Assembly: GCA_036257715.1 (NCBI GenBank)
Contig: DATAEY010000026.1
Span: forward strand, 1 to 45,656
Reading direction: 5' to 3'
DNA length: 45,656 bases
Source of the DNA: Solirubrobacteraceae bacterium
GTDB taxonomy: Bacteria > Actinomycetota > Thermoleophilia > Solirubrobacterales > Solirubrobacteraceae
Below, in pieces: positions 25,858-35,064 of this stretch; within the stretch, counting starts at the first letter, position 1; every line of letters starts with the position of its first letter. A model generated the notes under the pieces. The model made no database searches. It had not been told where the DNA came from and worked only from the letters and a program-made list of their open reading frames with translations. A program made the position numbers and the translations under genes.

Positions 25858-27528
25858 TCAGACCTCCACCACGACCGGCAGCACCATCGGCCGGCGGCGC
25901 AGCCGCTCGTAGACGAACGCGGCAAGGTCGTCGTGCAGGACCTCCTGGAGCAGATCGATCTCGCGGATCTCCTCCCGCGCTGCCCGCCGCAGAGAAGCCT
26001 CCACCGTGGCGCGGATCTCCTCCACCAGCTCGCCGTCGGGCTCCTCCTGCGCCGGGACGCCCCGGAAGATGACCTCGGGGGACGCCACCGAGCGGCCGTC
26101 CTGCTCGGACACCGTGGCCACCACTACGAAGATGCCGTCGGCGGAGAGCATGCGCCGGTCGCGCAGGGCGACGTCCGCCACGTCGCCGATCTCCACTCCG
26201 TCGACGTAGATCATTCCCGACTGCTCGTGGGCGGCGAACCGCGCGCCGGCGGGGTCGACCTCGAGGGGGAGGCCGTTCTCGCCCCGGAACACATGCTCGG
26301 GGCGCATGCCCACCGACTCGGCCAGCTGGGCGTGCAGGCGGATCCGCTTGTGATCGCCGTGGATCGGGAGGACGTAGCGGGGCCGCAGCAGGTTGAGCAT
26401 CAGCTTGAGCTCCTCGACGTAGCCGTGGCCGGATGCGTGGACCGGCGCGTCGTTGGTCGTGATGACGTCGCAGCCGATGTGGTACAGCCGATCTACCGTC
26501 TCGTTCACCGCTCGCTCGTTTCCGGGGATGGGGGTGGCCGAGAACACCACGGTGTCGCCCTCGCGCAGCTCGACGGCGGGATGATCGCGGTGGGCCATCC
26601 GCCGCAGCGCCGACAGCGGCTCGCCCTGGGAGCCGGTGGAGACGACCACCAGCTTGTGGTCGGGGAAATCCTCGATCTCGCGCGGCGGGATGAGCAGCCC
26701 CTCGGGCACCTCGATGTGGCCGAACTGACGGCCGATGTTGACGTTCTTGCGCATGGATCGCCCGACCAGCGACACCTTGCGTCCCAGGGCGGCGGCGGCG
26801 TCCACCACCTGCTGGACGCGATGGATGTTGGAGGCGAAGCTGGTGACCACGATTCTCCCCAGGCAGCGGGAGAAGACCTCCTCCAGACGGGGTCCCACCA
26901 CCGACTCGGACGGCGAGAAGCCCGGCCGGTCGGCGTTCGTCGAGTCCCCGCACAGCAGCAGCACGTCGCCGGCTCCCAGTTGAGCCAGCCGCGAGACGTC
27001 CGCGGGCTTGCCGTCGACGGGCGTCTGATCGAATTTGTAGTCACCGGTAACTATCACCGTCCCCAGCTCGCAGGTGAGCGCGACCGCCACCGAGTCGGGG
27101 ATCGAGTGCGTCATGTGGACGAGCTCGAGCCGGAAGGGGCCGAGCTGCACGGTGCTCCCGGCCTCCAGGCGCTCGAGGGGTGTCGCGGTCAGCCGGTGCT
27201 CGTCGAGCTTCGAGCGGGCCATGGCCATGGTGAGCGCCCCGCCGTAGACCGCCGGGACGCTGTGCTCGCCAAGCTCCCTGAGCACCCATGGCAGCGCTCC
27301 GAGATGGTCCTCGTGCCCATGGGTCACGACGATCGCCTCGATGTCGCTCGCGCGCTCGCGCAGGTAGGCGAAGTCGGGTAGCACCAGGTCGATCCCGACC
27401 ATGTCGGCGGTCGGAAACCGCAGTCCGACATCCACGACGACGATCCGGCCGCCGTACTCGACGACCGTCAGGTTCTTGCCGATCTCGCCGAGTCCGCCTA
27501 GGGGCAGGACGCGGAGGCCGGTGCTCAC
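25858..27528 (-). CDS. rnj: Ribonuclease J
   Basis: LGGLGEIGKN, the metallo-beta-lactamase motif THGHEDHLGALP, a beta-CASP domain and a C-terminal domain are present. The GTG start forms a GTGA overlap with the dapA stop. Confidence 0.93.
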   Translation of the reverse strand: MSTGLRVLPLGGLGEIGKNLTVVEYGGRIVVVDVGLRFPTADMVGIDLVLPDFAYLRERASDIEAIVVTHGHEDHLGALPWVLRELGEHSVPAVYGGALTMAMARSKLDEHRLTATPLERLEAGSTVQLGPFRLELVHMTHSIPDSVAVALTCELGTVIVTGDYKFDQTPVDGKPADVSRLAQLGAGDVLLLCGDSTNADRPGFSPSESVVGPRLEEVFSRCLGRIVVTSFASNIHRVQQVVDAAAALGRKVSLVGRSMRKNVNIGRQFGHIEVPEGLLIPPREIEDFPDHKLVVVSTGSQGEPLSALRRMAHRDHPAVELREGDTVVFSATPIPGNERAVNETVDRLYHIGCDVITTNDAPVHASGHGYVEELKLMLNLLRPRYVLPIHGDHKRIRLHAQLAESVGMRPEHVFRGENGLPLEVDPAGARFAAHEQSGMIYVDGVEIGDVADVALRDRRMLSADGIFVVVATVSEQDGRSVASPEVIFRGVPAQEEPDGELVEEIRATVEASLRRAAREEIREIDLLQEVLHDDLAAFVYERLRRRPMVLPVVVEV

Positions 27529-28385
27529 GTGGTGGCCGCTTGGAGCAGGCCGTGGCGCTCGAGCATCGCACGCACCGCCTCCAGCTCGGGGCCCTCGGCC
27601 TCTACCATCGGCAGCCGCAGGCCGCCGACCCGGTGGCCCAGCAGGTTGAGCGCCGCCTTGACCGGGATCGGGTTGGACGTCACGGTCAGGGCCTCGTAGG
27701 CGTCGCGCAGCTCGTCGTCGATCTCCCGGCGGCGCTCGGGCTCCTCGACCATCGCGCGCATCCGGTCGCCGAAGACGTGGCTGGCCACCAGGATCCCTCC
27801 GGCGGCGCCGAGCTCGAGCACGTCGCAGAACATGTCGTCGTTGCCGGCGTAGACGTCGAGCCCGTCGATCAGGGCCAGGTTCGCGTGGTTGGCCTGCTTG
27901 ACCGCGTCGATGCGGTCGATCTGCGCGAGCTCGGCCAGGAGGTCGTTGGCCATGTCCACGGCGGTGCGGCTCGGGATGTTGTAGAGGACGATGGGGCGGT
28001 CGGTGGCCCGCGCGACCTCGGAGAAGTGCCGCACCAGCCCCCGGCGGTTGGGCTTGTTGTAGTAGGGCGTCACCGACAGGATCGCGTCGGCGCCCAGCTC
28101 GGTGGCGCGCTCGGTGAGGTGGACGGCGTGGTGCGTGTCGTTGGATCCCGCCCCGGCGACCACGGTCGCCCGGCCGCGCAGCTCCCCCACGGCCAGCTCG
28201 ACCATGCGCAGGTGCTCGTCGTCGCTGAGCGTCGAGGCCTCTCCGGTCGTGCCGCAGATCACCAGCCCATCGGACCCGTGCTCGATGAGGTGGTGCATCA
28301 GCCGCACGGCGCTCTCCTCGTCGACGCGCAGCCGCTCGTCGAACGGGGTCACCATCGCGGTGATCACCGAGCCCAGGCCTGCCAT
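27525..28385 (-). CDS. dapA: 4-hydroxy-tetrahydrodipicolinate synthase
   Basis: It contains ITAMVTPF, GLVICGTTGEASTLS and YNIPSRT. The context of the catalytic Lys region is conserved. Confidence 0.92.
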   Translation of the reverse strand: MAGLGSVITAMVTPFDERLRVDEESAVRLMHHLIEHGSDGLVICGTTGEASTLSDDEHLRMVELAVGELRGRATVVAGAGSNDTHHAVHLTERATELGADAILSVTPYYNKPNRRGLVRHFSEVARATDRPIVLYNIPSRTAVDMANDLLAELAQIDRIDAVKQANHANLALIDGLDVYAGNDDMFCDVLELGAAGGILVASHVFGDRMRAMVEEPERRREIDDELRDAYEALTVTSNPIPVKAALNLLGHRVGGLRLPMVEAEGPELEAVRAMLERHGLLQAATT

Positions 28386-28442
28386 TGGGCGATTATCGCA
28401 ACCTGGCCGGCCGCGGTCGCGCTGGGTGCGTGGCCCCGGCTG

Positions 28443-29009
28443 TCAGCGGGCCGAGGTGTCGCCGCCCGCGATCGGCGGCGCGTCCTCGGGATCCCGGTCG
28501 GCGGCGTGCGGAGGCTCGCCGGACGAGCCGGCGGCGTTCGGATGCTCGCCCGCCGGAGGGTCCGGCTCGACGGCGGACTCCGCCGAGGCGGCGACCGGAG
28601 TCGTCACCTCCGTCGGCTGCTCGTAAGACGCGTCCGCCGGCGACTGGGACGCCACGGCCGTCTCCGCCCCCGGAGGCTCGGCGGGGACTGCGGGCGCCGC
28701 CGGAGGCGCGGGGTGGTCGGCGTGCGCCGGCTCAGCGGTCGAGTCCGGGGGAGGCGTGACCGGCGCCGGCGCGGCCGCCTCGGGCTCCACCGGGCGCCCG
28801 GCGCCGCCGTACTCGCCGACGGGCTCCCGCGCGGCGGGCTCGGGCGCTATCGGGCGACCGGCGCTGTCGTACTGGACCACCGGCGCCTGCTCGCCGGCGC
28901 GCGCCGCGGCGGATCGCTCGCGCTGGGCCTCGTTGAACCGCTGCTGTGTCTCGTCCAGCTTCTGCTGCGCCTGGTCGGCCATCTGCCTGGCCTTCTCGAC
29001 GAATCCCAT
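28443..29009 (-). CDS. Hypothetical protein: N-terminal helical segment followed by a Pro/Ala/Glu-rich, probably disordered region
   Basis: Track ORF of 188 aa with GGAGGA 7 nt upstream of the ATG and G/C-rich third codon positions. I recognise no domain. It has an internal imperfect repeat (Y-D-S-AGRPIAPEPAA / Y-G-G-AGRPVEPEAAA). Confidence 0.5.
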   Translation of the reverse strand: MGFVEKARQMADQAQQKLDETQQRFNEAQRERSAAARAGEQAPVVQYDSAGRPIAPEPAAREPVGEYGGAGRPVEPEAAAPAPVTPPPDSTAEPAHADHPAPPAAPAVPAEPPGAETAVASQSPADASYEQPTEVTTPVAASAESAVEPDPPAGEHPNAAGSSGEPPHAADRDPEDAPPIAGGDTSAR

Positions 29010-29130
29010 CGCTTATCCTCCGTGTCGGGCTCGATCTTCAGTCAAGCGCGTTAACCGCGGGCTGGCAAGCCGTCGCGAACCCGCCAGGGGCGCCTCGAAG
29101 CTCCGGGGTAGGGCGCCGCTCGGCGGCGGG

Positions 29131-29631
29131 CTAGCGATCGCGCCCGCCGCCCCAGGTCAGGACATTGAGCGGGGCGAGGACCCCGGGGCTTTCGCGGGTC
29201 GGAACGGGCTCGGGCTCGCGCCGGCGCCGCTCCTGGGCCAGCACGTGCCTGACCGTCACTCCGGTGTGGCGGGCCACGCGGTGGGGCAGGTCCACCTCCA
29301 GCCACTTGGATGCGGCCCCAGGTAGCGTGGAGACGATCACCTCGTCGAAGCGCTTGGGATCCCAGATCTCGAAGACCGCGTCGATCGGGTCGGCCTGGCC
29401 GGCGACCCCCTCGACCTCCAGGCCCGCCTGGCGCAGCCGCTCGACGGCCGCCGCCATCGTCTCCTTGGCCTCCTCGCGTCCCTGCGGGCCCACCGTCCTC
29501 GCCGGGACCAGCAAGGTGAACGACACGTCGTCGCTCTCGGCGCGAGCTTTGAGGGCCTCCAGCAGCTCGGGCGAGTCCGCGGTCCGGTTGGCGACCACCA
29601 GCACGTGGTACTTGAAGGCCACGGCGCTCAA
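29131..29631 (-). CDS. Hypothetical protein, possibly USP-like/HUP-fold
   Basis: Track ORF of 166 aa. The pattern YHVLVVANRTADSPELLEAL......VSFTLLVPA.....DEVIVSTLP...SKWL..DLPHRV recurs in uncharacterised actinobacterial proteins, as far as I remember. The start is ambiguous: TTG 29631 (GGAG 6 nt upstream) or GTG 29622 (TACAGT 8 nt upstream). Confidence 0.55.
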   Translation of the reverse strand: MSAVAFKYHVLVVANRTADSPELLEALKARAESDDVSFTLLVPARTVGPQGREEAKETMAAAVERLRQAGLEVEGVAGQADPIDAVFEIWDPKRFDEVIVSTLPGAASKWLEVDLPHRVARHTGVTVRHVLAQERRRREPEPVPTRESPGVLAPLNVLTWGGGRDR

Positions 29632-29674
29632 CTGTACTCCACGGCCGGAGCGTCACACCGCACGCGCCGGAGCC

Positions 29675-30334
29675 TCACCGGTCTTCGAGCAGGTTCTCCA
29701 GCCCGATCAGCGGCGACTCGGTCAGCAACCCTACGCGGCGAATGGCCAGCAGCACTCCGGGCATGAACGACTCGCGCGTGATCGAGTCGTGGCGGATGGT
29801 CAGGGTCTGCCCGACGTCGCCCAGGATCACCTCCTGGTGAGCGACCAGGCCCGGCAGGCGTATCGAGTGGATCGGCACGTCGCCCTCCATCAGCTGCGCG
29901 GTACGGGCGGCGGTCCCGGAGGGCGCGTCCAGCTTCCCCTCGTGATGCAGCTCGACGATCTCGGCTCTGGCCATGTGGCGCGAGGCGGCTGAGGCGAAGC
30001 GCATCATCAGCACCGCCCCGATGGCGAAATTCGGAGCGACGAACACGTTCGCCGACGTGCGGGGCGCCAGCTCGCCCAGCCGGCCGGGGTCCCAGCCGGT
30101 CGTGCCGACCACCGCGTGGACGCCCGCCTCGAGGCAGGCCCGCACGTTGTCCAGCGCCGCCTCGGGGGTGCTGAAGTCGACGACCACGTCGGCGTCCGCC
30201 AGCACGTCGGCGAGCCCCACGCCGAGCTGGGGATCGGCCCGGCCGTTGAGGTCCATGTCCCGCGCGTCCTCGACCGCCGCGCACACCGTCTCCCCCATGC
30301 GCCCGGCCGCCCCACTGACGGCGACGCGGATCAC
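29675..30334 (-). CDS. dapB: 4-hydroxy-tetrahydrodipicolinate reductase
   Basis: The last 219 aa of track ORF 29675..31282 read IRVAVSGAAGRMG (NAD-binding), DFSTPEA, VVGTTGW and ELHHEGKLDAPSGTA. The GTG at 30334 forms a GTGA overlap with the M16 peptidase stop. Confidence 0.88.
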   Translation of the reverse strand: MIRVAVSGAAGRMGETVCAAVEDARDMDLNGRADPQLGVGLADVLADADVVVDFSTPEAALDNVRACLEAGVHAVVGTTGWDPGRLGELAPRTSANVFVAPNFAIGAVLMMRFASAASRHMARAEIVELHHEGKLDAPSGTAARTAQLMEGDVPIHSIRLPGLVAHQEVILGDVGQTLTIRHDSITRESFMPGVLLAIRRVGLLTESPLIGLENLLEDR

Positions 30335-31605
30335 GCGGCCGCCAGCACCGGCGAGACCGGCTCCAGGGCCTCGCGGAAGGTTTCCTCGTGGGGCCCGATG
30401 CAGGCGGCCGACATGCGTGGCGCCGCGAACAGCTCGCTCGCCAGGCCCTCCAGGTCGTCGACCGTGACCGCGTCGACCCGCTCGATCAGCTCGTCCACGC
30501 CGAGCAGGGGCACCTCGGTGAGGACGTGCGAGCCCAGCCGGTTCATCCGGGCGCTGGTCGACTCCAGCGAGAGAACCAGCCGCCCCTTGACGTTCTCCTT
30601 GGCGCGCTCGAGCTCGTCCGGGGTCGCTGGGCAGTCGCACAGGCGGGCCAGCTCGTCCGCCACCACTTCGAGCGCCGCCGGAAGGCTGTCGGCCTCGGTG
30701 CCCAGGTAGATGCCGACCTGCCCGATGCCGGCATAGAGGTGAGAGAACGAGTACACGCTGTATGCGAGCCCGCGGCGCTCGCGGATCTGCTGGAACAGCC
30801 GCGATGACGAGGTCCCGCCCAGCACGTTGTCGAGGACCCGCAGCGCGAAGCGCCGATCGTCGTCTCGGGCGATCGCCGGAGCGCCGAGGCAGACGTGGTA
30901 CTGCTCGGTCTCCTTGGCCTCGAAGCGAACCCGCGGATACAGCTCCGCCGGCGCGTCCGTCATCGCCGCCGCCCCGCCCGGACGATCGGGCAGCCGCTCG
31001 GCCGCCATAGCCACGATGTCGTCGTGGTCGAGCGAGCCCGCGGCGGCGACGACCGTGTTGCCGGTGACGTAGCGGGCCGCATGGAAGCGCTCGATGACCT
31101 CCAATGGGGTCTCCGCGATGACCTCCGCGCGGCCGATGATCGCGCGCCCGAGCGGGTGCGGCCCGAACACCGCCTCTCCCAGCACGTCGAACACCTTGTC
31201 CTGGGGGTCGTCCTCGTACATGGCGATCTCCTGGAGGATCACCCTGCGCTCGGTGTCCACGTCCTCGAACGCCGGGTGCCACACCATGTCGCTCAACACG
31301 TCGAAGGCGCGCGGGAGATGGCGGTCCAGCACCCTGGAGTGAACCGACGTGGTCTCCTTGCCGGTGCCGGCGTTAAGCTCGGCGCCCATCGAGTCGAAGA
31401 TCTCGTCGATCTCCAGCGACGAGAAGCGGGCCGACCCGCGGAACAACAGGTGCTCGAGCAGGTGCGAGAGGCCGGCCTGTTCGTGGGTCTCGGCGCGCGA
31501 GCCGGTGCCGATCCAGAAGCCGAGCGCCACCGAGCGGACGCCCGGCACGAACTCGGTCACCACCCGCAGGCCCGAGCCGAGCTCGGTCAGCCGGTGCTCA
31601 GCCAC
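30331..31605 (-). CDS. M16-family (pitrilysin/insulinase-like) zinc peptidase
   Basis: The inverted zinc motif HLLEHLLFRG (HxxEH) is followed by two M16 domains. The start is GTG. It occupies the usual position downstream of pnp. Confidence 0.88.
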   Translation of the reverse strand: MAEHRLTELGSGLRVVTEFVPGVRSVALGFWIGTGSRAETHEQAGLSHLLEHLLFRGSARFSSLEIDEIFDSMGAELNAGTGKETTSVHSRVLDRHLPRAFDVLSDMVWHPAFEDVDTERRVILQEIAMYEDDPQDKVFDVLGEAVFGPHPLGRAIIGRAEVIAETPLEVIERFHAARYVTGNTVVAAAGSLDHDDIVAMAAERLPDRPGGAAAMTDAPAELYPRVRFEAKETEQYHVCLGAPAIARDDDRRFALRVLDNVLGGTSSSRLFQQIRERRGLAYSVYSFSHLYAGIGQVGIYLGTEADSLPAALEVVADELARLCDCPATPDELERAKENVKGRLVLSLESTSARMNRLGSHVLTEVPLLGVDELIERVDAVTVDDLEGLASELFAAPRMSAACIGPHEETFREALEPVSPVLAAA

Positions 31606-31655
31606 TGGATCGCCGCGCGGCCTCGGGTGCGCGACCCGGAGAGCCGGTCATCCGG

Positions 31656-33899
31656 CTACCGGCGGTCGCGGTCGCGTGACCGCGGCCGCCCGTCGCGGGC
31701 GCCGCCGCGCCGCTCGCGCCCCCCGCGCTCGGGACGCGGTCCCCGGTCCCCGCTGGAGACGGTCGCCAGCTCCTCGGCCGACTTGCCGGCCACGGCCGGG
31801 TCGTCGGCCAGCCGCAGCCCGATCCTGCCCCGCTCGCGGTCGACCTCGACCACCCGTACCGAGATCTGGTCGCCCCGGTTGAGCACGTCCTCGACCTCCT
31901 CGACCCGCTCGCCCGGGGAGATGTTCGAGATGTGCAGCAAGCCGTCGGTGCCCTTGGTCAGCTCGACGAAAGCGCCGAACGTGGTGGTCTTGACCACCGG
32001 GCCGGTGAACTCGTCTCCGACCTCCACCTCCTTGGTCATCGAGCGGATGCGCTCGGACAGGGCGTCGCCCTGCTCGCCGTTGGCGGCGTAGATCAGGACC
32101 TGGCCCTCGTCGTTGACGTCGATCTGGGCGTCGAACTCCTCGCTCAGCCCCCGGATGGTCTCCCCGCCCTTGCCGATCAGCAGGCCGATCTTCTCGGGGT
32201 CGATCTGGATCGTCGAGATGCGCGGGGCGTGCGGGCTCAGCTGCGGGCGCGGCACCTCGATCGCCTCGGCCATCCGCCCCAGGACGAACCCCCGGGCCGC
32301 CCGGGCCTGGCTCAGGGCGTCGCGCAGGATGTCGAACGTGACGCCGGTGATCTTGATGTCCATCTGAAGCGCGGTGATCCCACGCTCGGTGCCGGCGACC
32401 TTGAAGTCCATGTCCCCGAGGTGATCCTCCACCCCGGCGATGTCGGTGAGCACGATGTAGTCGTCGCCCTCCTTGATCAGCCCCATGGCGATGCCGGCCA
32501 CCGGTCGCTCGATCGGGACTCCGGCGTCCATCAGTGACAGCGACGAGCCGCACACCGCGGCCATCGAGGACGAGCCGTTGGACTCGAGGATGTCCGAGAC
32601 GACCCGGATCGTGTAGGGAAACGTCTCGGTGTCGGGCACCATCGGCACCAGCGCGCGCTCCGCCAGCGCGCCGTGCCCGATGTCGCGACGCTTGGGCCCG
32701 CGCATGAAGCCCGCCTCCCCGACCGAGAAGGGCGGGAAGTTGTAGTGGTGCCAGTAGTACTTGGCGGTCTGCAGCCCCAGGGTGTCGAGGCGCATCTCCT
32801 CGCGCAGGGTGCCCAGCGCCACCACCGACAGGGCCTGCGTCTGCCCGCGGGTGAACAGGGCGGACCCGTGGGTGCGCGGACACGGCCCCACCTCGATCTC
32901 GATCGGGCGGATCTCATCGGCGGCACGGCCGTCGGGGCGCCTCTTGTGGATCGCGATCCGCTCGCGGATCAGCGACTTCTCGAGCTGATCGAACGCGAGT
33001 TGAACGGCCGCCCGCCGGACGCCGCCCTCCTCGCCGGGCTGCTCGCCCGCGTCCGCCGCGTACTGGTCGAGGACCTGCTGCTCGACCAGGCGGCAGGCCT
33101 CCTGGCGCTCGAGCTTGCCCTCCACCTGGGTCGCCTCGTCCAGCGCCGCGCCGTGAGACGCCTTGATCTGGTCGAGCAGGGCGGCATCCACCTCCGGCGC
33201 CTCGACCACCATCTTCTCGCTGCCCGCCCGCTCGGCCAGCTCCCGCTGTCCGGCGACCAGCCTCCGGATCTCGCCGTGGGCGATGTCGAGGGCATCGAGG
33301 ATCTCCGCTTCGGGGATCTCGTTGGCGCCGGCCTCGACCATCAGGATGGCCTCCTCGGTGCCGGCCACCACGAGGTCGAGGTCCGTGCGATCGATCAGGT
33401 CCTCCTCGCTGGGATTGACCACGAAGTTGCCGTCGATCTCGCCGATCCGCACCGCGCCCACCGGCGCGGGGAACGGTATGTCGGAGACCATCAGGGCGGC
33501 GCTGGCACCGTTGAGCGCCAGGATGTCGTAGGGATAGACGTGGTCGACCGAGAGGGGCATCGCCACCAGCTGGGTCTCGTAGCGCCAGCCCTTGGGGAAC
33601 AGCGGGCGCAGCGGGCGGTCGATCAGCCGCGCGGTAAGGGTCGCCTTCTCGCCCGCCCGCCCCTCGCGCTTGAAGAACGAGCCGGGGATCTTCCCGGCCG
33701 CGTACATCCGCTCCTCGACGTCGACAGTGAGGGGGAGGAAGTCGACGTCCCTCAGATTGCCGGCCGTCGCGGTGCACAGCACCATCGTGTCGCCGGCGCG
33801 CATCACGACCGCGCCGGAGGCCTGCTTGGCCAAGCGGCCGGTCTCGAACGTGATCTCCGTGTCTGCGATCTCCACGGAGACCCGCGTCACCTCTGCCAT
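31656..33899 (-). CDS. pnp: Polyribonucleotide nucleotidyltransferase (PNPase)
   Basis: Two RNase PH domains, a KH domain (IGKGGETIRGL) and an S1 domain (GAFVEL..G.DGLLHIS) are present. The start is ATG 33899, with GGAAAGGAAG upstream. The 50 extra codons in the track ORF are not supported. The C-terminal tail is Arg/Gly-rich. Confidence 0.95.
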   Translation of the reverse strand: MAEVTRVSVEIADTEITFETGRLAKQASGAVVMRAGDTMVLCTATAGNLRDVDFLPLTVDVEERMYAAGKIPGSFFKREGRAGEKATLTARLIDRPLRPLFPKGWRYETQLVAMPLSVDHVYPYDILALNGASAALMVSDIPFPAPVGAVRIGEIDGNFVVNPSEEDLIDRTDLDLVVAGTEEAILMVEAGANEIPEAEILDALDIAHGEIRRLVAGQRELAERAGSEKMVVEAPEVDAALLDQIKASHGAALDEATQVEGKLERQEACRLVEQQVLDQYAADAGEQPGEEGGVRRAAVQLAFDQLEKSLIRERIAIHKRRPDGRAADEIRPIEIEVGPCPRTHGSALFTRGQTQALSVVALGTLREEMRLDTLGLQTAKYYWHHYNFPPFSVGEAGFMRGPKRRDIGHGALAERALVPMVPDTETFPYTIRVVSDILESNGSSSMAAVCGSSLSLMDAGVPIERPVAGIAMGLIKEGDDYIVLTDIAGVEDHLGDMDFKVAGTERGITALQMDIKITGVTFDILRDALSQARAARGFVLGRMAEAIEVPRPQLSPHAPRISTIQIDPEKIGLLIGKGGETIRGLSEEFDAQIDVNDEGQVLIYAANGEQGDALSERIRSMTKEVEVGDEFTGPVVKTTTFGAFVELTKGTDGLLHISNISPGERVEEVEDVLNRGDQISVRVVEVDRERGRIGLRLADDPAVAGKSAEELATVSSGDRGPRPERGGRERRGGARDGRPRSRDRDRR

Positions 33900-34045
33900 G
33901 TCTTCCTTTCCTGCCCGCGTCTCGATCCGCGGGTCGAGCCTGCTTTTGTCTCGGTAGCTTCGCCGTCCATCGTAGCGATCGCCGCCGGGCCCGCGGTGGG
34001 CGCGCAGAGCGGTCTGACGGGTCTCCGGCCGGAGGCGGCGGGGCC

Positions 34046-34561
34046 TCACGGCGCCGGGCGGAGCCGGGCCAGGAGGTCGTCCTGGGGAACGCCGGGGTAC
34101 GATCGCCCGTCCACGAACAGGGTCGGCGTGGTCACGACCCCGGCGCGCAGCCCGCTGTCGAAGTCCCGCTTGATCCGCCCCCGGACGGCCTCCGAGCGCC
34201 GATCGGTCTCGAACCGGTCCACGTCGAGGCCCAGCTCACGGGTCCGCCGCCACAGGTGGGGATCGTCCAGGCGTCCCTGGTCGGCGTAGAGCAGGTCGTG
34301 CATCTCCCAGAAGCGGCCCTGCAGCGCCGCGGCCTCGGCGGCGGCGGCCGCCGCCCAGGCGCGTGGATGCTTGGAGCGGACCGGGAAGTGCCGGAACACC
34401 CGGCGCAGCCGGATCGCCTCCAGCGCCACATGGGTCAGCCGGCAGAAGTGGCACTCGAAGTCGGCGTACTCGATCACCAGCGGGCCATCCGCCGGGCCCC
34501 GGACGTGGTCGTCCGGGCCGACGGGCGGTGGCGGCGCGCTGGTCAGCTCCGCCCACGTCAC
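34046..34561 (-). CDS. DsbA-like thioredoxin-fold protein (CHFC motif); no evident signal peptide
   Basis: It contains LVIEYADFECHFC and TPTLFVDG. I start it at GTG 34561, which forms a GTGA overlap with the GNAT stop. The upstream 79 codons of the track ORF overlap that gene. Confidence 0.7.
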   Translation of the reverse strand: MTWAELTSAPPPPVGPDDHVRGPADGPLVIEYADFECHFCRLTHVALEAIRLRRVFRHFPVRSKHPRAWAAAAAAEAAALQGRFWEMHDLLYADQGRLDDPHLWRRTRELGLDVDRFETDRRSEAVRGRIKRDFDSGLRAGVVTTPTLFVDGRSYPGVPQDDLLARLRPAP

Positions 34562-35064
34562 GGGCCCGCCCGCGCCAGCGAGCGCTCGACCACCAGCACA
34601 TCGCGCCACTCGCCGTCCAGGCGACCGTGGCGACGGTGCACGCCCACCTCCCGGAAGCCGCACGCCTGGGCGAGCGCGACGCTGGGCCGGTTGTCGGTGA
34701 ACAGTCTGCCGATCAGCTTCCAGTAGCCGAGGCGCGCGGCCTCCCGACAGAGCGCCTCGAGAAGCGCACGGCCCACCCCGCGACGGCGGGCGCTCCACTC
34801 GACATAGAGCATGTACTCGCCCACACCCGCGTAGAACCGGGCGTCGCTGTAGGCGACGACGCGCGTCCAGCCCTCCAGCGCTCCCGCGGCCTCGCGCACC
34901 AGGACCGGGAAGCGCTCACCCGCATCCAGCCAGCGCTCGACCTCGGCCGCCTCGCTGGGGCGGGTGCGGAAGGTGGCCACCCGCTCCTCGATCCCGTGGT
35001 TGTAGACGTCGGCGATCGCCGCGGCGTCCCGGACCTGCGCCGGGCGGATCTCAGACCGCGTCAA
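34558..35064 (-). CDS. GNAT N-acetyltransferase (phosphinothricin/MSO acetyltransferase-like)
   Basis: IRPAQVRDAAAIADVYNHGIEERVATF...GW.......R..Y..V.E...YV....RRRGVGRALL..L resembles the PAT/YncA pattern. The start is TTG at 35064, overlapping the peroxiredoxin 3' end by 14 nt. Confidence 0.8.
   Translation of the reverse strand: MTRSEIRPAQVRDAAAIADVYNHGIEERVATFRTRPSEAAEVERWLDAGERFPVLVREAAGALEGWTRVVAYSDARFYAGVGEYMLYVEWSARRRGVGRALLEALCREAARLGYWKLIGRLFTDNRPSVALAQACGFREVGVHRRHGRLDGEWRDVLVVERSLARAGP

Noticed and set aside
25838-25861. The CTGAGG-N12-CCTCAG inverted repeat spanning both stop codons of the convergent kinase and rnj genes, considered as a possible bidirectional terminator.
   Set aside because: The stem is only 6 bp, the loop is 12 nt and there is no U-tract on either side. 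This is too weak to call.
30039-30050. A perfect 12-nt palindrome CGAACACGTTCG inside dapB, plus GAAC-N4 near-matches inside rnj (about 26287) and pnp (about 32994).
   Set aside because: The dapB palindrome has 2-nt rather than 4-nt spacing. All three sites are deep inside coding sequence and far from any promoter, so chance is the likeliest explanation.
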